Shown one piece after another: positions 22,934 through 37,300 of a DNA stretch of 64,000 bases. Origin of the DNA: Yuukianura sp. NJ FZ-2021 (Eukaryota); assembly GCA_046563655.1 (NCBI GenBank), contig CM102283.1, positions 2,232,001 to 2,296,000 of the forward strand, read 5' to 3'. Position 1 is the stretch's first letter, and every line of letters begins with the position of its first letter. Both the position numbers and the translations under genes were made by a program. The notes below the pieces were generated by a model. That model ran no database searches. It had not been told where the DNA came from and saw only the letters and a list, made by a program, of their open reading frames with translations.

Positions 22934-25187
22934 ATGGAAATCATGAATACATCAAGAACTCAGATGCTGTCGCCCACAAAGAGTGAGAAGTCACTCTTTT
23001 CTGACCCAGGATCGCTCCTGTCTGAAGAAGAGGTCAAGGAAGCCCTTCTAGGGTCATCGCAGTTCCAAAACTGTTGCTATAGTGATAAGTTGGTTCGTGA
23101 CATTGACATTTCAGAAATCCGTGATGCTCCGATCTATCGCTACACCATTGAAGTCTTCAGTGAAGACAGAAGGAAGGCCTGGACGACGGTGCCTTATAAG
23201 GGGGAGCCCTTGAGCCAAGAGCCCTATGACCCAGCCTACGTTGACCTCTGGACACTTAATGTTCCACCGACAGTTCACTTTGGGAAGGGGAAAAAGACGG
23301 TGGAAGTACCCGGGAGTACGACGGTAGTCAATTGTGCTCAGTGTAATGGTATTGGCAGTGTCCAGTGTGGGCAATGTGGTGGATCTCAGACGAATCCCTG
23401 CTCGTCGTGTGTGGGCTACGGATTTGGGCAAGTGATGATGGAGGATGGGCAGGCGGGTAGGTTCAAAAACACATTTATCAGGTTCAGCCTTTCAGTGCAA
23501 TAACGTCGTTACCTAATTGTTATTGCACTCTCGCAACCACTCAACTCCTATTTAGAAACCAATTTTTCAAATTTCCAAATACCAAAATTTAAAATTTTCA
23601 CAAAGGACGATTGCTGCAAATCGTTTTTGCTTTGGAAAAGGCGTATAGGTTCGTGTTTTTGAAATTTCAAAATTTTTGAAAACTAAAGGTTTTGGTTTGG
23701 TACTTACTGTGCTGCATTAACTTCCAGAGTGAGGATAGCTTCTAGTCCGAACGTTTATTTTTTTTTACTTTTTCAAAATTTTGAGTTCTTGTAAAAAGTT
23801 TGTTTTCGGTTGAATTCCGGTTTTCAAATTTTCAAAGTTTCAAAAATGTAACCAAAAATTTGTATTAATTGAGTTGAACTTGAACATTGGGTAGGTTCCA
23901 GCGGTAGTTTTCTAAGCGCCTTAATTTTTTATATTTTCAGAACATTTTTATTTGCATTCCATTTCTCGAAGTTTTTGCCCTCGAATTCCGGTTTTCAATT
24001 AATTTTCGAAATTTCAAAAGTTGTTTTTGTTTTGGTTTTGATTGCTTGATTGAGCAGCTTCCAGAGTCAGTTTTCAGCCTCTTGTCGTTAATTCTACTTG
24101 TGATACTAGTATATACTTGAATTTTGTTTTTTGTTTCTGGCGACATGCAAGATCATAATGTTGTGCTCTTGAATCGATTATAAAGTCATTAGAGGTCACT
24201 GAGCATTTCAAAGTTCTCCAAATCAAACTCACAGCATAACCCTACTTCCTTATAGGCTTCATTTTCAGAAAAGTCTATTGTTCTCATTCAGAAATAATAT
24301 AAATTCATGTAAATGTTAATGCCCGAACGTGACTTTTAGTTGGAAAATTTCGATAACCTACAGGGTAAAGTCAAAAGGTAGGAAAAAGAAAGGGGAGTTG
24401 GAGAATAAGCGTTGTTGATTTTTATGACACCTCGATTTTTACGGCTCAAAAAATCTTCCAAGTCGAAAGAAAAAAGTTCCAAGTCGAAACTGAAAAATGC
24501 TGAAAGTAAAAAACATAATGAAGACGACTGGTATGCTTAAAGCTGCTCTGAAAAATGCTAAAACATGCTCTCTCCTTAGACATTTCGAGTTCAACATCCC
24601 AGAGTCCAGTCTGTAAAAAACGAAAATGCTCAAGTTTCTCTTGGTCTCGTGAATTTATGACTTTTAACTAATTTTGATTTTCTTTTTTTTTCTACCCAGG
24701 TCGAGTCGTTTGCCCTTCATGTAGTGGGAAAGGGCGAATTCCGTGTTCTCCGTGTGGGAAGAAAGGTGTGATCTTGTGTGGTACTTGCAAAGGAACCAGA
24801 AAAGTCAAAAATTTTGAAAAATTGGATGTTTCTTGGAAAACAAGTCTGGAGACAAGTCCTGGACGGAGTTCTGGCAAAATCAAATTACCCGCTAAAATTT
24901 TGGGGAATTTACGCGGAACTCTGGTGGTAGAAAATTGTAGTAGTGTTCCTAAGAAGCTCAAGTCTTTTGACACATTTTCGGAACTCCTGGACTCGGAACT
25001 GAGCAAACACAATTTAGGCGGGAGTCACCGAATTCTGGAGATTCGGCAAAGAGTTTATTCAATTCCCGCCACTGAAGTCAGTTACCACTGGAAGGGAGAA
25101 CCGGGAGCCTTCCTCATCTATGGCCATGAAAACCTAGTTTACTTTCCTCAAGGACATCCACGAAAGTACAAGTGCAATATACTTTGA
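22934..25187 (+). CDS. SSUH2: SSUH2-like protein, paralog 2
   Basis: Exons 22934-23456 and 24700-25187 in frame; colinear with paralog 1 (VPG.T.VVNCAQC.GIG.VQCG); ends in CaaX CNIL*. Confidence 0.85.
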
Positions 25188-28100
25188 TTTTGAAAAAAAT
25201 GACTTTTTGGGGGACCCTTGAAGTCCAAATTTTGAAAATCCGAACCTTAAGGGACCTTGTTCCGAAGAAAACGAAAACAAAAGAAGTGCCTTTGAGTGGA
25301 TCCGATGTGCCAACGGCCCTTATTTTTATGACTTTTCTTCAATTTTAAGTTATTTTAAGTTTTAGTTTTTCGAAATTTTGGAAAATTTTAAAAGGACACG
25401 TTTTTTGAAAAGCTGTAACTGTTAAGATCAATATTTTCAATTGTTTAGTTTCTGTGTCATCCCTTGAGGGCCCTCTGTAGGGTCATCCCTTATTTGTTAA
25501 CTTTTAGTTTATACTGTTTTCTAGAAAAGTAAGAAAAAGTTTTATTATGGCGCGCAGTATCGTGAATTGTTTAAATTGTTAGGTTTTAGGTTAGGTTGTT
25601 AGGTTGAAGATCCCGAAGAATAAGGTCATTGTTGACCCGTGCTCATTGTTTTGTGTGTAAATATGAAAATTTATTTGATCAACACGCTTATTGTTGCGCT
25701 TTTCAAAAGAAACCTCGAGCCTTTCAAAACTAGCAATAAAACGAACCCAAATTTTGAAATTTATGGAGGACTTTGATTTCCAAATTTGTGAAAGGTTAGA
25801 GTTTTTGGGGCTAAACCGTTACACTTTAAAACGTCGTTTTTAGGTTAGAGAGAGTAACAACAAATTGGACAATTTCAAACGTTTTGGAAGAATTTTTGAA
25901 AAAAATGTCGGATTAGGATCAAAAACCATTTAAGGAATGAGAGTTTACCCCTTTTCGAACTTTTTTTTTTGAAAAACGTTGAAAACTTTGGAGTTTTGTG
26001 ATTTCAAGTTTAGATTTCAGGTGAGACTGAGGTGAGACAAAGAATTTTTAGAAAAGGAGACTTAAGGGCTCGTCTACGACACGACGACAGCAAGAATTTT
26101 TTCAATTTCATTTTTTTTTGAAAAGGAGCACAAACGACAGACAGAAATAGAAAACAATTGAAATTTTGAAAAAAAAGAAAAGACAGGAACCCTTAACGTC
26201 TTTATCATTCCTTGACACTTTCGGTTCTTGTAATTAGTTGGCGTCTAGAGACTTTCTGGAGGACCCTTAAGGGACAAGTGATGTAGGGGGAAGGGTACAA
26301 GGGGGGACTTTTCTAAAAAAAAAAAGTTTTTTGTTCAAACTGTTCAAAATGTACCGACCACCAATTACGAAAAAAACAAAAACCGAAAAACTTTTTTTAA
26401 GACAAACCGCTTGCAGGCTCTCGCGGGCCCTTAATTTCTCCGACGAAAGTTCTCCGCCCATTTCCTTTTTTCGTTTTTTTAAAAAAGTGGCGTCTCAAAT
26501 TAAAAGGATCGGATTTTGAAAACTAAAAGATGAAAGTTGAAACCTGTATTTTGTAAAAAGCGGTTTACCAAATTTTTTTTTCGAAAAATCTTTGTGTTTG
26601 GAAAACTGTTTTTCAAAAAGTTGACTTTTCAAGTCATTAAGTTCAAACTGAGATGTTTTGGCAAGATGCAGTGGCGGTATTTGATTAATTTAAAGTGAAA
26701 TTAAGGTAAGTCTGCTTGAGATAGTTAAGGCAATTAATTAAAAGTTGAGGCAATTAATTAAAGTTAAAGTAAAACAGTTAAGACAAAGAGAGATGCCAGT
26801 GTCATCTTGGCCTTTAAAAGTTGTATTTTATTTTACTTTTTTTGAAGTCGAAAGTAGGAAGAAGTTCAAGCAGTAGCGGAAACCCGAAAATCCGCTTTTT
26901 CGTGAGAAGGAAAAACAAGTTTTCAAAAAAAAAGTTTAAAGGGTGTTTGAGGAAGCTGAAAAGTTGATTTTTGAAAAAAAAAAAGTTTGAAGCCAGTTTT
27001 TTGAATGGGAAGGAAGTAATTCATCGAGGAAGGAACATGGTCACCATATGCTTTCTTCTGCCTAAAAACCATCATCATCCGCTGCATCTCCATTCGTCAG
27101 ATGCTGCTCCCTTAAACTTACATATGTTCAACCGAAGTGTCCCTTGAAGAATCAACAAGTCCCTTCATTCATTTGTTAAGGGACGCTGCTGTAAGTTTAC
27201 ACAACCAACCAAGCAGGAAACCAAAATAATTCAAAAGCTCCCTTGAAAAAATATATCAAAAGGCACCACAAAAACCAAGAATTGAACACAAAGTACCCAC
27301 CTTCGGCAGAAGATCAACAACTTTCAGCGTAACCCGTTCCATACAAACGGAAATCATGAGGGGAAAACCTAATCTAGCCACACAAGTTTAACCTAACGTA
27401 ATCTCACAAACTTTTGCCAACTAACAGCATCAACATTGCATAAAGTTAGCCTAACATTGCATTCCTAGCCTAAACCTAATCTAACATACCAGGCAGAACA
27501 GAAAATATGAGGGACGAAGTGAGCTAAAATGCGAGGAAGTTGGTGAGACATTCTATAGATTGTCTAAAAATTTAACCGTATACCGTTAAATTGTGGCAAC
27601 AGCAAAGTTTAAAGCTTCCACTTTCAACAAACAGCGTAGAAATTGTGAAAAATAAAGAAGTAGTTTAGCTTAATGGTTGGTTATTTGATATAAATCTAAA
27701 TTTAATATGGGAAAAAAATTACATTGACTTTTTTAAATTTAAGTTTTTTTATATAGTTAAATACAATATTAACATGTTAAGATAATGAAATAATATATTT
27801 TTTAAAAACATGGTTAGCTTTAGGTAGATTTTATCAGAATTTATTTTGAAATTTGACAAATAGTGAGTGATTCTGATTTGGCACTGGAGTCCCCTCATAT
27901 TTTTTATGGAAAAGATGATATGTGGATGTGGTTTCTCTAACGTAAAGTGCTTAACAATGGATTTTGGATGAGTCATATATTTTCCGAAGCCTGAGAAGAT
28001 TTTGTGCATGTGTTAAATTTCTGCATTCATTCACAAAAGTCAATAAGGCCGTTATTAAGTTTTGGCAATTTGCAATTTGCAAAAATTGCAGTAAAAACAC

Positions 28101-29905
28101 CCCTTTGAGAAACGTTCCGAAGTGTTTGGAATTTCGCCCAGAGCAGGTCTGTTGATCATCTTCACCTGTCAGAACTCGTTAGAATTGAAATTTAAGATCT
28201 AAAGGATCTTAACGTCCACTTGTCAATGGAAGTTAACTCTATGCCATCTTCACCCCTCCATCAACGTAGGCTATTCTAACCTAACCTCCATAAAAACTTG
28301 ATTTGTTAGACAACATGGCTCGAGGGTCACGCAACAGGGAACAAATGACAAGGGAAACGAAAATGAAATCACAAAAGTCCGTTTCATTAAGAAAAAAAAA
28401 CAATTCTTAATCATTTTCTTTTTTTTAATCTTTACATTTTCGTGTTTTTAATTTCACTTTTTGCCAAAATTTTCTGTGGCTTCTCCCTTTAACTTCACGA
28501 AATGAAATGAAAGTGAAGCTACGAGAATCATGTTCATAAACGTGAAAAAAAAATCAAAGTTTGTTAAATTATTTTTCATTTTTGGATTTTTTTCTCATTT
28601 TTTTTTGTAACAGGAAAAACAAAACGAACTTGAAAAAAAAAGTGGCATTTTTTTAAGTTTACTACTAATTAAATGTGTGTGTTCGTATGATCACTTATTT
28701 ATTATTGATTTGTCCTAATTTTTTTTTTTGAATTTTCTTTTTTAGATTTCACTTGTTTGCCAAAATTTTTGAATTTTTATGACGTTTTGTTCGGTTATGA
28801 CCAAAATGGATTGAAGTCGTGCCGTGCCGCAGCATGTCCACCCAAAATTAAAACTGTTTATTGTTGAGAGGGAGGAAGTGGAGGTCATGAGAAAGAGTAA
28901 AAGAAGGTCAATGTCAAAATATTTTAAAGAGTGATTCTGGGCGGCAATTTTGAAAATGAAGCCTTTATAAGGTTTGATACGAAAAAAAGATTTTTTGAAA
29001 AAGCCTTCAAGGCAGAAACTCAAGAGGTCAAAAGCTGAGGTCAATAATTAATTGACCATTTAGCATAAAACGGCAATGAACCCACATCTTCAGTTTTTGA
29101 AAGTGTCAATTTTTGAGACCAATTTTCGAAAATTTATTTGCATTGGAAAAACCAGTGAAAGGTTTGAACTTTTCACATTTTTGGCAACTTTGCAAATCAA
29201 GCTTAAAAAATAATTTTCACGTTTTTTATCGAAAAATAAAACATTGTACAAGAAAAGTGTTTGACAACTTTGAAGTGTTTCAATATTTTTTTTTGCAGTT
29301 TTCGTGTTTCAAAATTTTCAATTTGACTTAAATAATCACGCATGCGCATATCGCATGTTAAGCAAAAAACATAGTAGCAATTTTGCAACATTTTCATGAA
29401 TTGTCGTCATCACTTTTCGTGTTAAACGATGAGACACACGAAACTTGAAATTTTTTTCCCGAAGTGATATTTGCACAAAATGACGAAATTCTTTTCTTTT
29501 TTTTTTAACGAAAAGTTGCACCGAAAGAAAAACTTTTGACTTTTCAAAAAACTGTAAACTAACTCAGAGTTGCTTTGTCTTTTTCACGTGAATGTTTTTT
29601 TTTCTGTAACAGGAAATGCTTGTTCTGAATGAAAAATGAGCTAAGCTCATCTCCAAAGTAAATTGCAATTTTTTTTATTGTTCTTATTCGATTATCCGAC
29701 CGAGTCTGGGAAAAAGCTTTGTTTTTTTTTGCACTATTTCATTAGCTTGCAAATTTTTTATGCAAACTCATTTACATTGAGAATGAAGTGGTTCGGTGGT
29801 GGTGATGAAGCAGAAGTTGAGTTAAGAGAAGAATAGTTATGCTCAAGTAACTAAAAATCTTACTAATCATTTTGATTTACTCTGGGAATTGATGTATCTA
29901 TGTCC

Positions 29906-29995
29906 AATAGTTACTCCCTCCGTCTCGTGTGATGTGCAAAATAGTTACTCCCTCCTTCGGTTCGTGCTGCAACGTGTACAATAGTTACTCCCTCC
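29906..29995 (+). repeat. Three exact 16-bp direct repeats (aatagttactccctcc) with 18- and 24-nt spacers
   Basis: Copies at 29906, 29940 and 29980. Confidence 0.85.
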
Positions 29996-31389
29996 GGTGT
30001 TAAGTCTTTACTGAGATTGAGCGGGGTCGTTGACCTCTACCACTCCTTCCAGAAGAACGTCTTCTTCCTGTCTATTGTTATTTTTCTACTTACTCACTGT
30101 TGTCGGAACTGTGATGCACATGCGCGAGCAAAAAAAAATCAAAAGGAGAAACGGCGCTTAAGGATTTGAAAGGAAACTGCAAAAGATCTGAACAGTTCCA
30201 TTTTTTTAACGATGTCGTTCGTTTTGCAGTGAAAAGCTTTAGGAAGACAGGCCAGGCCGTTTTCTTAGTTTGAAAATTTAAATCCAACAAAGTTTCTTTT
30301 TTGCGAAAATGTTTATGCTCGTTTTGAAAAAAAATGAGTTTTGCTTAGCCCATAAATTGTTGTTTGTGGCATAATAGGGGATGAAGTTGCACAAAAAACA
30401 TTGTTCAGCTTGGACATGTCATACCAGTGTTTATATGCTTGTGCTCGTCTTTTCAATAAAAACTTTTTTTTTTAAATTTTTCTTAACCAGAAGGCACGAG
30501 CAAAAGATTTGCCATTTAATTTACAATAGTTCCATCCGAAAATTAAAAAAAAATCTGTGAATTTCTTTCAAATTTTAGTGGAAAACACTTGTTGTTCAAA
30601 AATAAGTTCAATTTTGAAATACTCTAGTATTTCAAAATCGATCGTACGAATGAAGTCAAGAAAATTTTGGCGAACAAACAAATTCTTTAAACTGAGTCTT
30701 GTGTGTATTTCTTTCGACAGAAAGCAATGCTTACTAGTTGCATCTTGTTTTTGTTTCAGTTCAGACATTTTTGCAACATGGAAGATGCAGGGGTCGGTGC
30801 AAAATTCAAAAAAGTTTTGAAATTTGGCAATTCTTTTTGTGTTCTAATTTCGAATTCTTTTGCTTGGATTTTACTCTGTGCAACAATGCAAAATTGTTCA
30901 ATTATTGTTGTTCAAATAGCTTTGGAAGGGGGGGGGGGACATTGGTCTTGGGAATTACAATGATAGAAACATGTTGCCTTACCCCTCCCCTTGCTTTGCA
31001 GAAAAAATGTTGCACTTCCTTCTTCGTAATCAAAATCAAGAGGAGGTAGATGTTTGATTCACCACTTGCAAAAAGTAGAGGCTACCAACACCTCTTGCTG
31101 CTAAAAATTTTCAGACAATTGCCAATTTCGTCTTACAACCTTTTGGAATTCAGGAGTTTTTTAGTCAGTTCAAAAAAACAGAGTTTTATGTGAATTGGAC
31201 AAAGTTTTTGTCAACACGCTGCTTCCAGTTTCAATTCATTTCGAACCAGTTGTATTGTAGTTGTAAGACTTTTGTAACTCGAAGTTTTTTAACTAAAAGC
31301 GAAAAATTTTTGATGAAATTTTGATATTTCATTTTGAAAATTTGACATTTTTGAATTTTTGAACAAGTGAACTACAAGCTTATTTCAAA

Positions 31390-34300
31390 ATGAAGGGCTA
31401 CTTGATTGAGGACGACGACTTGGAAATTGCCATGAAGGTAACGAAATCATACGTTTAAAAAATTTTTTTTAGCACAAAAAAAGTTTCTGAAATTTTTCTG
31501 ACAATTTAAAAAGTTCAATTTGTTACTTTTTCACCTCGTGTTGGCCTAACATGACCTGATCTTGAAACGACAAGTGTCAAAGTGTCCAACACCTTGTTGG
31601 CTTCACATTAATTAGTTCAGACTACCACAAAACATGTTTTGACTAAATTTGGAAACTGATCAACACTTTCAACTGTTCAACGCGTTGATCGCTTAGCACT
31701 TTGTTCATTTAAAAAACCAACAGAAACGTGAAAAACGAAAACGTGATCAACAACAACAATGTAAAAATTCATTTGTTGAAGCGTTAACTACATTTAAATT
31801 ACACATCTCATGTTTATGTTCCAATTGAAGTCATTTGAAGTCAATTCAAGTGAGATTAAATGATGCAATGACCGTCTGCGCATGCCTCCAAGCATTATCC
31901 ATTACCATTTATAGGTTGACATTACATTAGCCTAACTAACCTAACAACATAACCTAATCTAGCCTAATCTTAACATCTCCAAGGATTCCTATTTGCAATG
32001 TTTGCTCATAGCATCGAAATTGCAAAAACTTTTTGTTTTCCTTGGGGATCACCTTTCATCTTCGTCGAAGTCTGCCAAATAAGGGAAGACGCTTAAACGC
32101 TTTCGATTCAAATCTCGTACCACCCATAACTTGTCACATTTCAAGCACATTTGTAACAAAAGGCTTTTAAATCTCAATTAACAAAGATCTCAACCTCAAT
32201 TAATTAAGAAGTTGATTAACGTCAGTTAAAAAAGGATTTTGAAAAGGATTTTCAAAAAAAACTTAATTTTGAAAAGAGGATTTAGGTGGAAAGCGTAAAG
32301 GATTTTGAAGGGCGGCGCTCAAATTTGGAAAGAGAACAATAGTTTATTAAAACTTAAACTTTAAGCGGGGGTTTTAAACGGTTTAAATTTTGCAACTTAG
32401 TTTTGCAAATTCCTAATTTGTTAAAAGTTTTTGGAAAGTTTGTCAACTTAAGAACCAGGCTGTACATAACAATTTTAATAGAAAAACACATAAATTACAA
32501 CAGTTGTGCTTGGAGGAACTGTCATGAGCATGCGCTTTAAAACTTTGCCTAAATGTCACAACTGCGACAATTTTATAACTGCCACTCCCAACAAACCACA
32601 ATTTTTGTGTAAAAAACACCAAAACACACACACAAAATTGTTTTTGAACAAAACATTTTTTTTTACCAAAAAAAAAAAACTATATTCGCTGAACGTCAAT
32701 TTTTTTTTTTTTGTGTTTTTGTTTCTTACATTCGTAGAATCTCAGTTTTTGCTGTTTCTATTGCTTAGGACGCCATTTTTTTTCTCATCGACATTCACAG
32801 AATACCAAACCTTTGTTGTTGACATGCGCAGAACCCCAATTTTTGTTGTTGGCATGCGCAAAAACATTGGAATGCGTTTGAATCAGATCACATTTGACCT
32901 TGGATTGCATCGGGCATGTTTAACAGGACGAAGATGCTGACATCGAAAGCTGTCGAAGCTTCCGGTGTATGCTCAGAACAGCAGCGGGAAATTCAAATTT
33001 GGAATTTAGAAAAAGTTATTAATAGACGCATTTCGTTACGGTATACGAAACATTAATCAGGATTTATAGTCTTTGTGAAGGTGACGAGGAGAATATTAGC
33101 ATGCGACTTGTGACCAAAAGGGATACAGAATCTGTCATGCGCAGAAGTGTGTCACTAGCCACTTAACTTAAACATTAACAGAGTATATTACTGTTATCAC
33201 TTTGGCCACATTAGCATTTAAATTGACAATTTCTGCTGCAAAAGTTCAAACGAATTACATTCTGGGACTGTTTACATGTGACATGAAATTGAATTCCAAA
33301 AAGTTGTGATTTCCCGACATTCCTTGACTCCCAAATTTCCATTTTGTTTAGGTAGGATTAGGTTACGTACCTCACTCTGCGATTTCCTTTTTTGAAATCA
33401 GTTCTTTGAAATTGGCGCTTTTGTTTTTGAATTTGGCGCTTTCTTTTGGAATGTAAATACCTGTATGAGCAATTAACGTTCCTTTTGAACAGAGGAGGAA
33501 GAGAACGGGTTATTCCTCTGAAATGAGTCAATTAAAATGCTTTCTTTCATTTCGTATTTTCCACGGTGGTCGTTGGCTGCGATTCACTCTGGATTCGGAC
33601 ACAGACTAAACCAATTCGACATGTTTTTAATTTACATTTTAATTTCCGCCTTTGTCTTTGCCTTAATTCAAAAATTTCACCCAAACAATACACAAATTGG
33701 TGGCGGCAAACGAAAATTTTGAATTTTTGGAGCAGCTAAAACTGTGAATCACTATTTAAGAGTCAAAATGCAACCACATCACAGTTGCCACCACAAATTG
33801 TTGCCAACTTGTTGGCAACATGTCATATTTTCCTTGCAATACCATACATTCATGATCATAATTTAATTTTTTAATTTTGAAAAGTTGACGTTTTTCAAAA
33901 AAAAAAGTTTAGAATAGGAAACTGCTTGGGGAAAGCAAAATGACAGCCCTTAACGAAAACTTAAAAAAAAACAGTTTGTAAGAGTTTTAATTCATAAAGA
34001 TTTTTGTTAAAATGAGAAATTGCAGTTTTTAAGTTAAAAAAAAGAAAAGAAAAAGCATTTTTCCTTGAAACAAATTAAATTTCAATTAAAACACGGGAGA
34101 CTACTCAACTAAGCGTAACTCGTTCAAGGTCTGTTTCCTAATTTACCAAATCTGGCAACGGCATCTCAGCGGTGCACCACTCTACAGCATTTTGTTTCGC
34201 CGTTTCATTTCTTTTTCTTTAATTTCGTCTTACGTTAAAAATTAGGAAAATCCCGTTTGAAATTACAACTTAAAATGAACATTTTGATAAGAAAATGCAT

Positions 34301-37300
34301 GTAGTTTTTGTGCTTGGTAAGCAGAGGGGCAAAAAATATGTTGTTAAAACCGGTGAAATATGTATTTAAATATGTACTAAAAACAAGTGAAATATTTACT
34401 AAAATATTTTTTATTTCACGAAATATTTTTTTATTTTCGGGTCTTAAAACACCATATTTCTCGGAAAAGTACAAAATATACGTATTTTATGGATTATGCG
34501 GGTGTACTTCGCGTGTAACACAGCTGTGGTGGCAAAAAAACAGCCGACTTTTTGCGCTACACAATTTTTTTTTCCAATTTTGATCCAATTTCTTAGAAAA
34601 AAGTTGAGAATTTTTAGAGCACCCAAAAATCAGTGTTGCTGGATGCCCACTTTGGTGACATTTCGTCCAGTGGATAATATATTTTATCCGGTTTTACCCG
34701 GAAGAAATGGCCGAATAAAATGGATAGAAATGGATACATCCGGATACTTCAACCTAATTTGTTGTGGGTCGTGGAAGAAATATTTTGTACATGATGCAAT
34801 TGCCTAGACTAGGTTTTCCAACTTATGCGATTTTGCTGGGAAAAATTAAAGTTGTATAAAATATTTAAAGTGAAAAATTGTATTTCCTGGGGTACATTTC
34901 ACAATTCGAAAATAATTCCTTTTTGGTCAAGATGTCACTTGCAGAGATCTGACTGAGGAAAACGTAACGTAAACTACATACCTCCGCTCACACTCTTGGC
35001 AAAATTTGCCTAAAATGTCCAAAATTGTTAAAAATTTGCCGAGAATGCTTCCTTTTTGGCAAATTGGACGAATATTTTCCTAAATATTTTTTATATTTTT
35101 TTTTGAGAAATATTTTTTTAAAATATAAAAATATGTAATATGTAAGAAAATATGTTTTGCCCCTCTGTTGGTAAGTGACTACAATTTCATTCCTCAAAAG
35201 TTGAATGACCTATGAAGTTTTTATCTAATGTTAAATTTTGAAATAGTTTCCGCGTATTCCGCACCTTAAAAGTTATTTGTTTTGCCAAAACTCAAAATAT
35301 CTCAGGTTCTCATCTGGTTGCAGAGATTCGAAAGAAAAAATGAGTAATAATGAAAGGTGTTAAAAATCTCGCCTCCGTGCAAGAGTGCATGACATTTGAG
35401 CAGCGGGGTCATGACCTCGCAACCTTCAATTTTAATGCTAAGAGTTTTGGTAGTGGGTGGCTAAAATATTCGCAAAAAACTTTGAAATTTTATTGCAATT
35501 TTTGTTTTTCCTTTTCAACACAAAGGCCAGAGGCTGAATTCGCGATAGTTCGAAAAAAGAAGTTTTTTCTCAGAATCAATTAGTATAATCCCGACATTTT
35601 TTTTTGCAACTTGACTTTTTGATATGCAAGAGGAGATTTTTTTTTGGAAATTCAGCATTGTTAAAAATTTGATTGTTTGAAATTGGTTTATGATTAGGTG
35701 ATTATCGTTGGAAATGGATCTGTTGGAAAATCTTCCATGATTCAGCGATTTTGTCGTGGAGTTTTTACGCGTGACTATAAGAAGACAATTGGAGTGGATT
35801 TCCTGGAACGCGTGATGACCATAGATGGACACACTGTTCGACTCATGTTGTGGGACACGGCAGGTCAAGAAGAATTTGACGCCATCACGAGAACGTACTA
35901 CCGCGGCGCAAGTGCGTGCGTCCTCACTTGCAGCATCACCGACCGAAACTCATTCAATGCACTGCCCATTTGGAAAACAAAAGTAAAAAAAAAATCTGAA
36001 ATCAAAATTTACTAAACTAAAAGTTTCTAGTTATAAAGTTGCTTTAGAAAAACTTCTTTTTCTAAACACAACATGATTGTAAAAAAAAATTGCTAAACCG
36101 AAATTCTTTCCCACCAAAATCCAAAATCTGTATTTGTGAAATCTAAACTCTTTGAATGACGACGAAAAAAAAAGTTCATAGAATTTCATCGCAAAGTGAA
36201 CTCTAAGCATTTTCTTTGTTTTTTTTTTAGGTCTGCCGAGAATGCGGTGACGAAGTGCCAATGATCCTGGTTGCGAATAAATTCGATTTGCAAAAACAAG
36301 CGGTTGTTGACAGGTAAAAGTTTAGAACAAAAGTAGAACAGAGTCAAAAAAAAAAAGAACAAAGGAATTTTTAAAACTCGGCCAGTAGTGAAAAGTACAA
36401 ATGACATTTTTGAACAATGCACCGCGGCGGATGAACGGTTTTCAAAGCATGAGATTCTACGGTTTTAAGTAGCAAAGAGAAAACCAATCACCACTTAACC
36501 CACATTTTAAAAATCCAAAAAAGTATTTAACAACAAAAATTTTCAAAAACAAACTCGTAAATTTTTAGTAACTTTGATTTCTATACTTCACTCTCCGCAT
36601 TAGTTTGCAAATTGTTGCATTGATTTTTAAGAACTTTCATATGTTTTGCCATTTGGGTCAAAAACGTTGAAAGTTTTTGTTTGTTTGTCCAAAACACAAA
36701 AATGTTGTTTGTCGTTTTCAAACCTTTTCGATGTTTGTTTGCTCAAGATGTTTTTAAGTGCTATTCGAAATTGTGAATTTCGAAATTTCCAAAACTTTCC
36801 CGCCAAAAATTTGTTTGCTTATTTTTATCTTTGTTTGCAGTGACTCCTTGGAAGAAATGGCAAAGTGTCTAGGAATTTCCAAAGTTTTTCGAACCTCTGT
36901 AAAAGAAGATTTGAATGTTCTCACGGTGTTTACCACATTGGCAAAAGACTACTTGACCTCTTACTTAGCCCTAGATGACCTCCGTGGGGTCAACGACCTT
37001 CATGGGGTCAATGACCTCCAGGAAACCGACGCCTTCTTGAGCACAATCGACAGCCTCAGTCTCGTCCCTGCGCATGCCCAGGACAAACCACACCATAAGT
37101 TTCACACGCCAGTTTTCAGCTTCCGAACGAACCCCGTGCCGGTTGTGCCTCTCAAGAACGGGAAAATGAAAGGTCAAAAGGTCAAAGTTGTTACGACCAA
37201 AAAGCCGAAGAAGGTCAAAGGTCACTACGAGGGCAAACATTTACTGTTGCCGACGTTCCATACCAAACCAAACAAGACTCCTTTGTTGAATCCAGTCATC

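Noticed and set aside
29906-29995. CRISPR array
   Set aside because: Eukaryotic context, only three 16-bp repeats, short unequal spacers, no cas genes.
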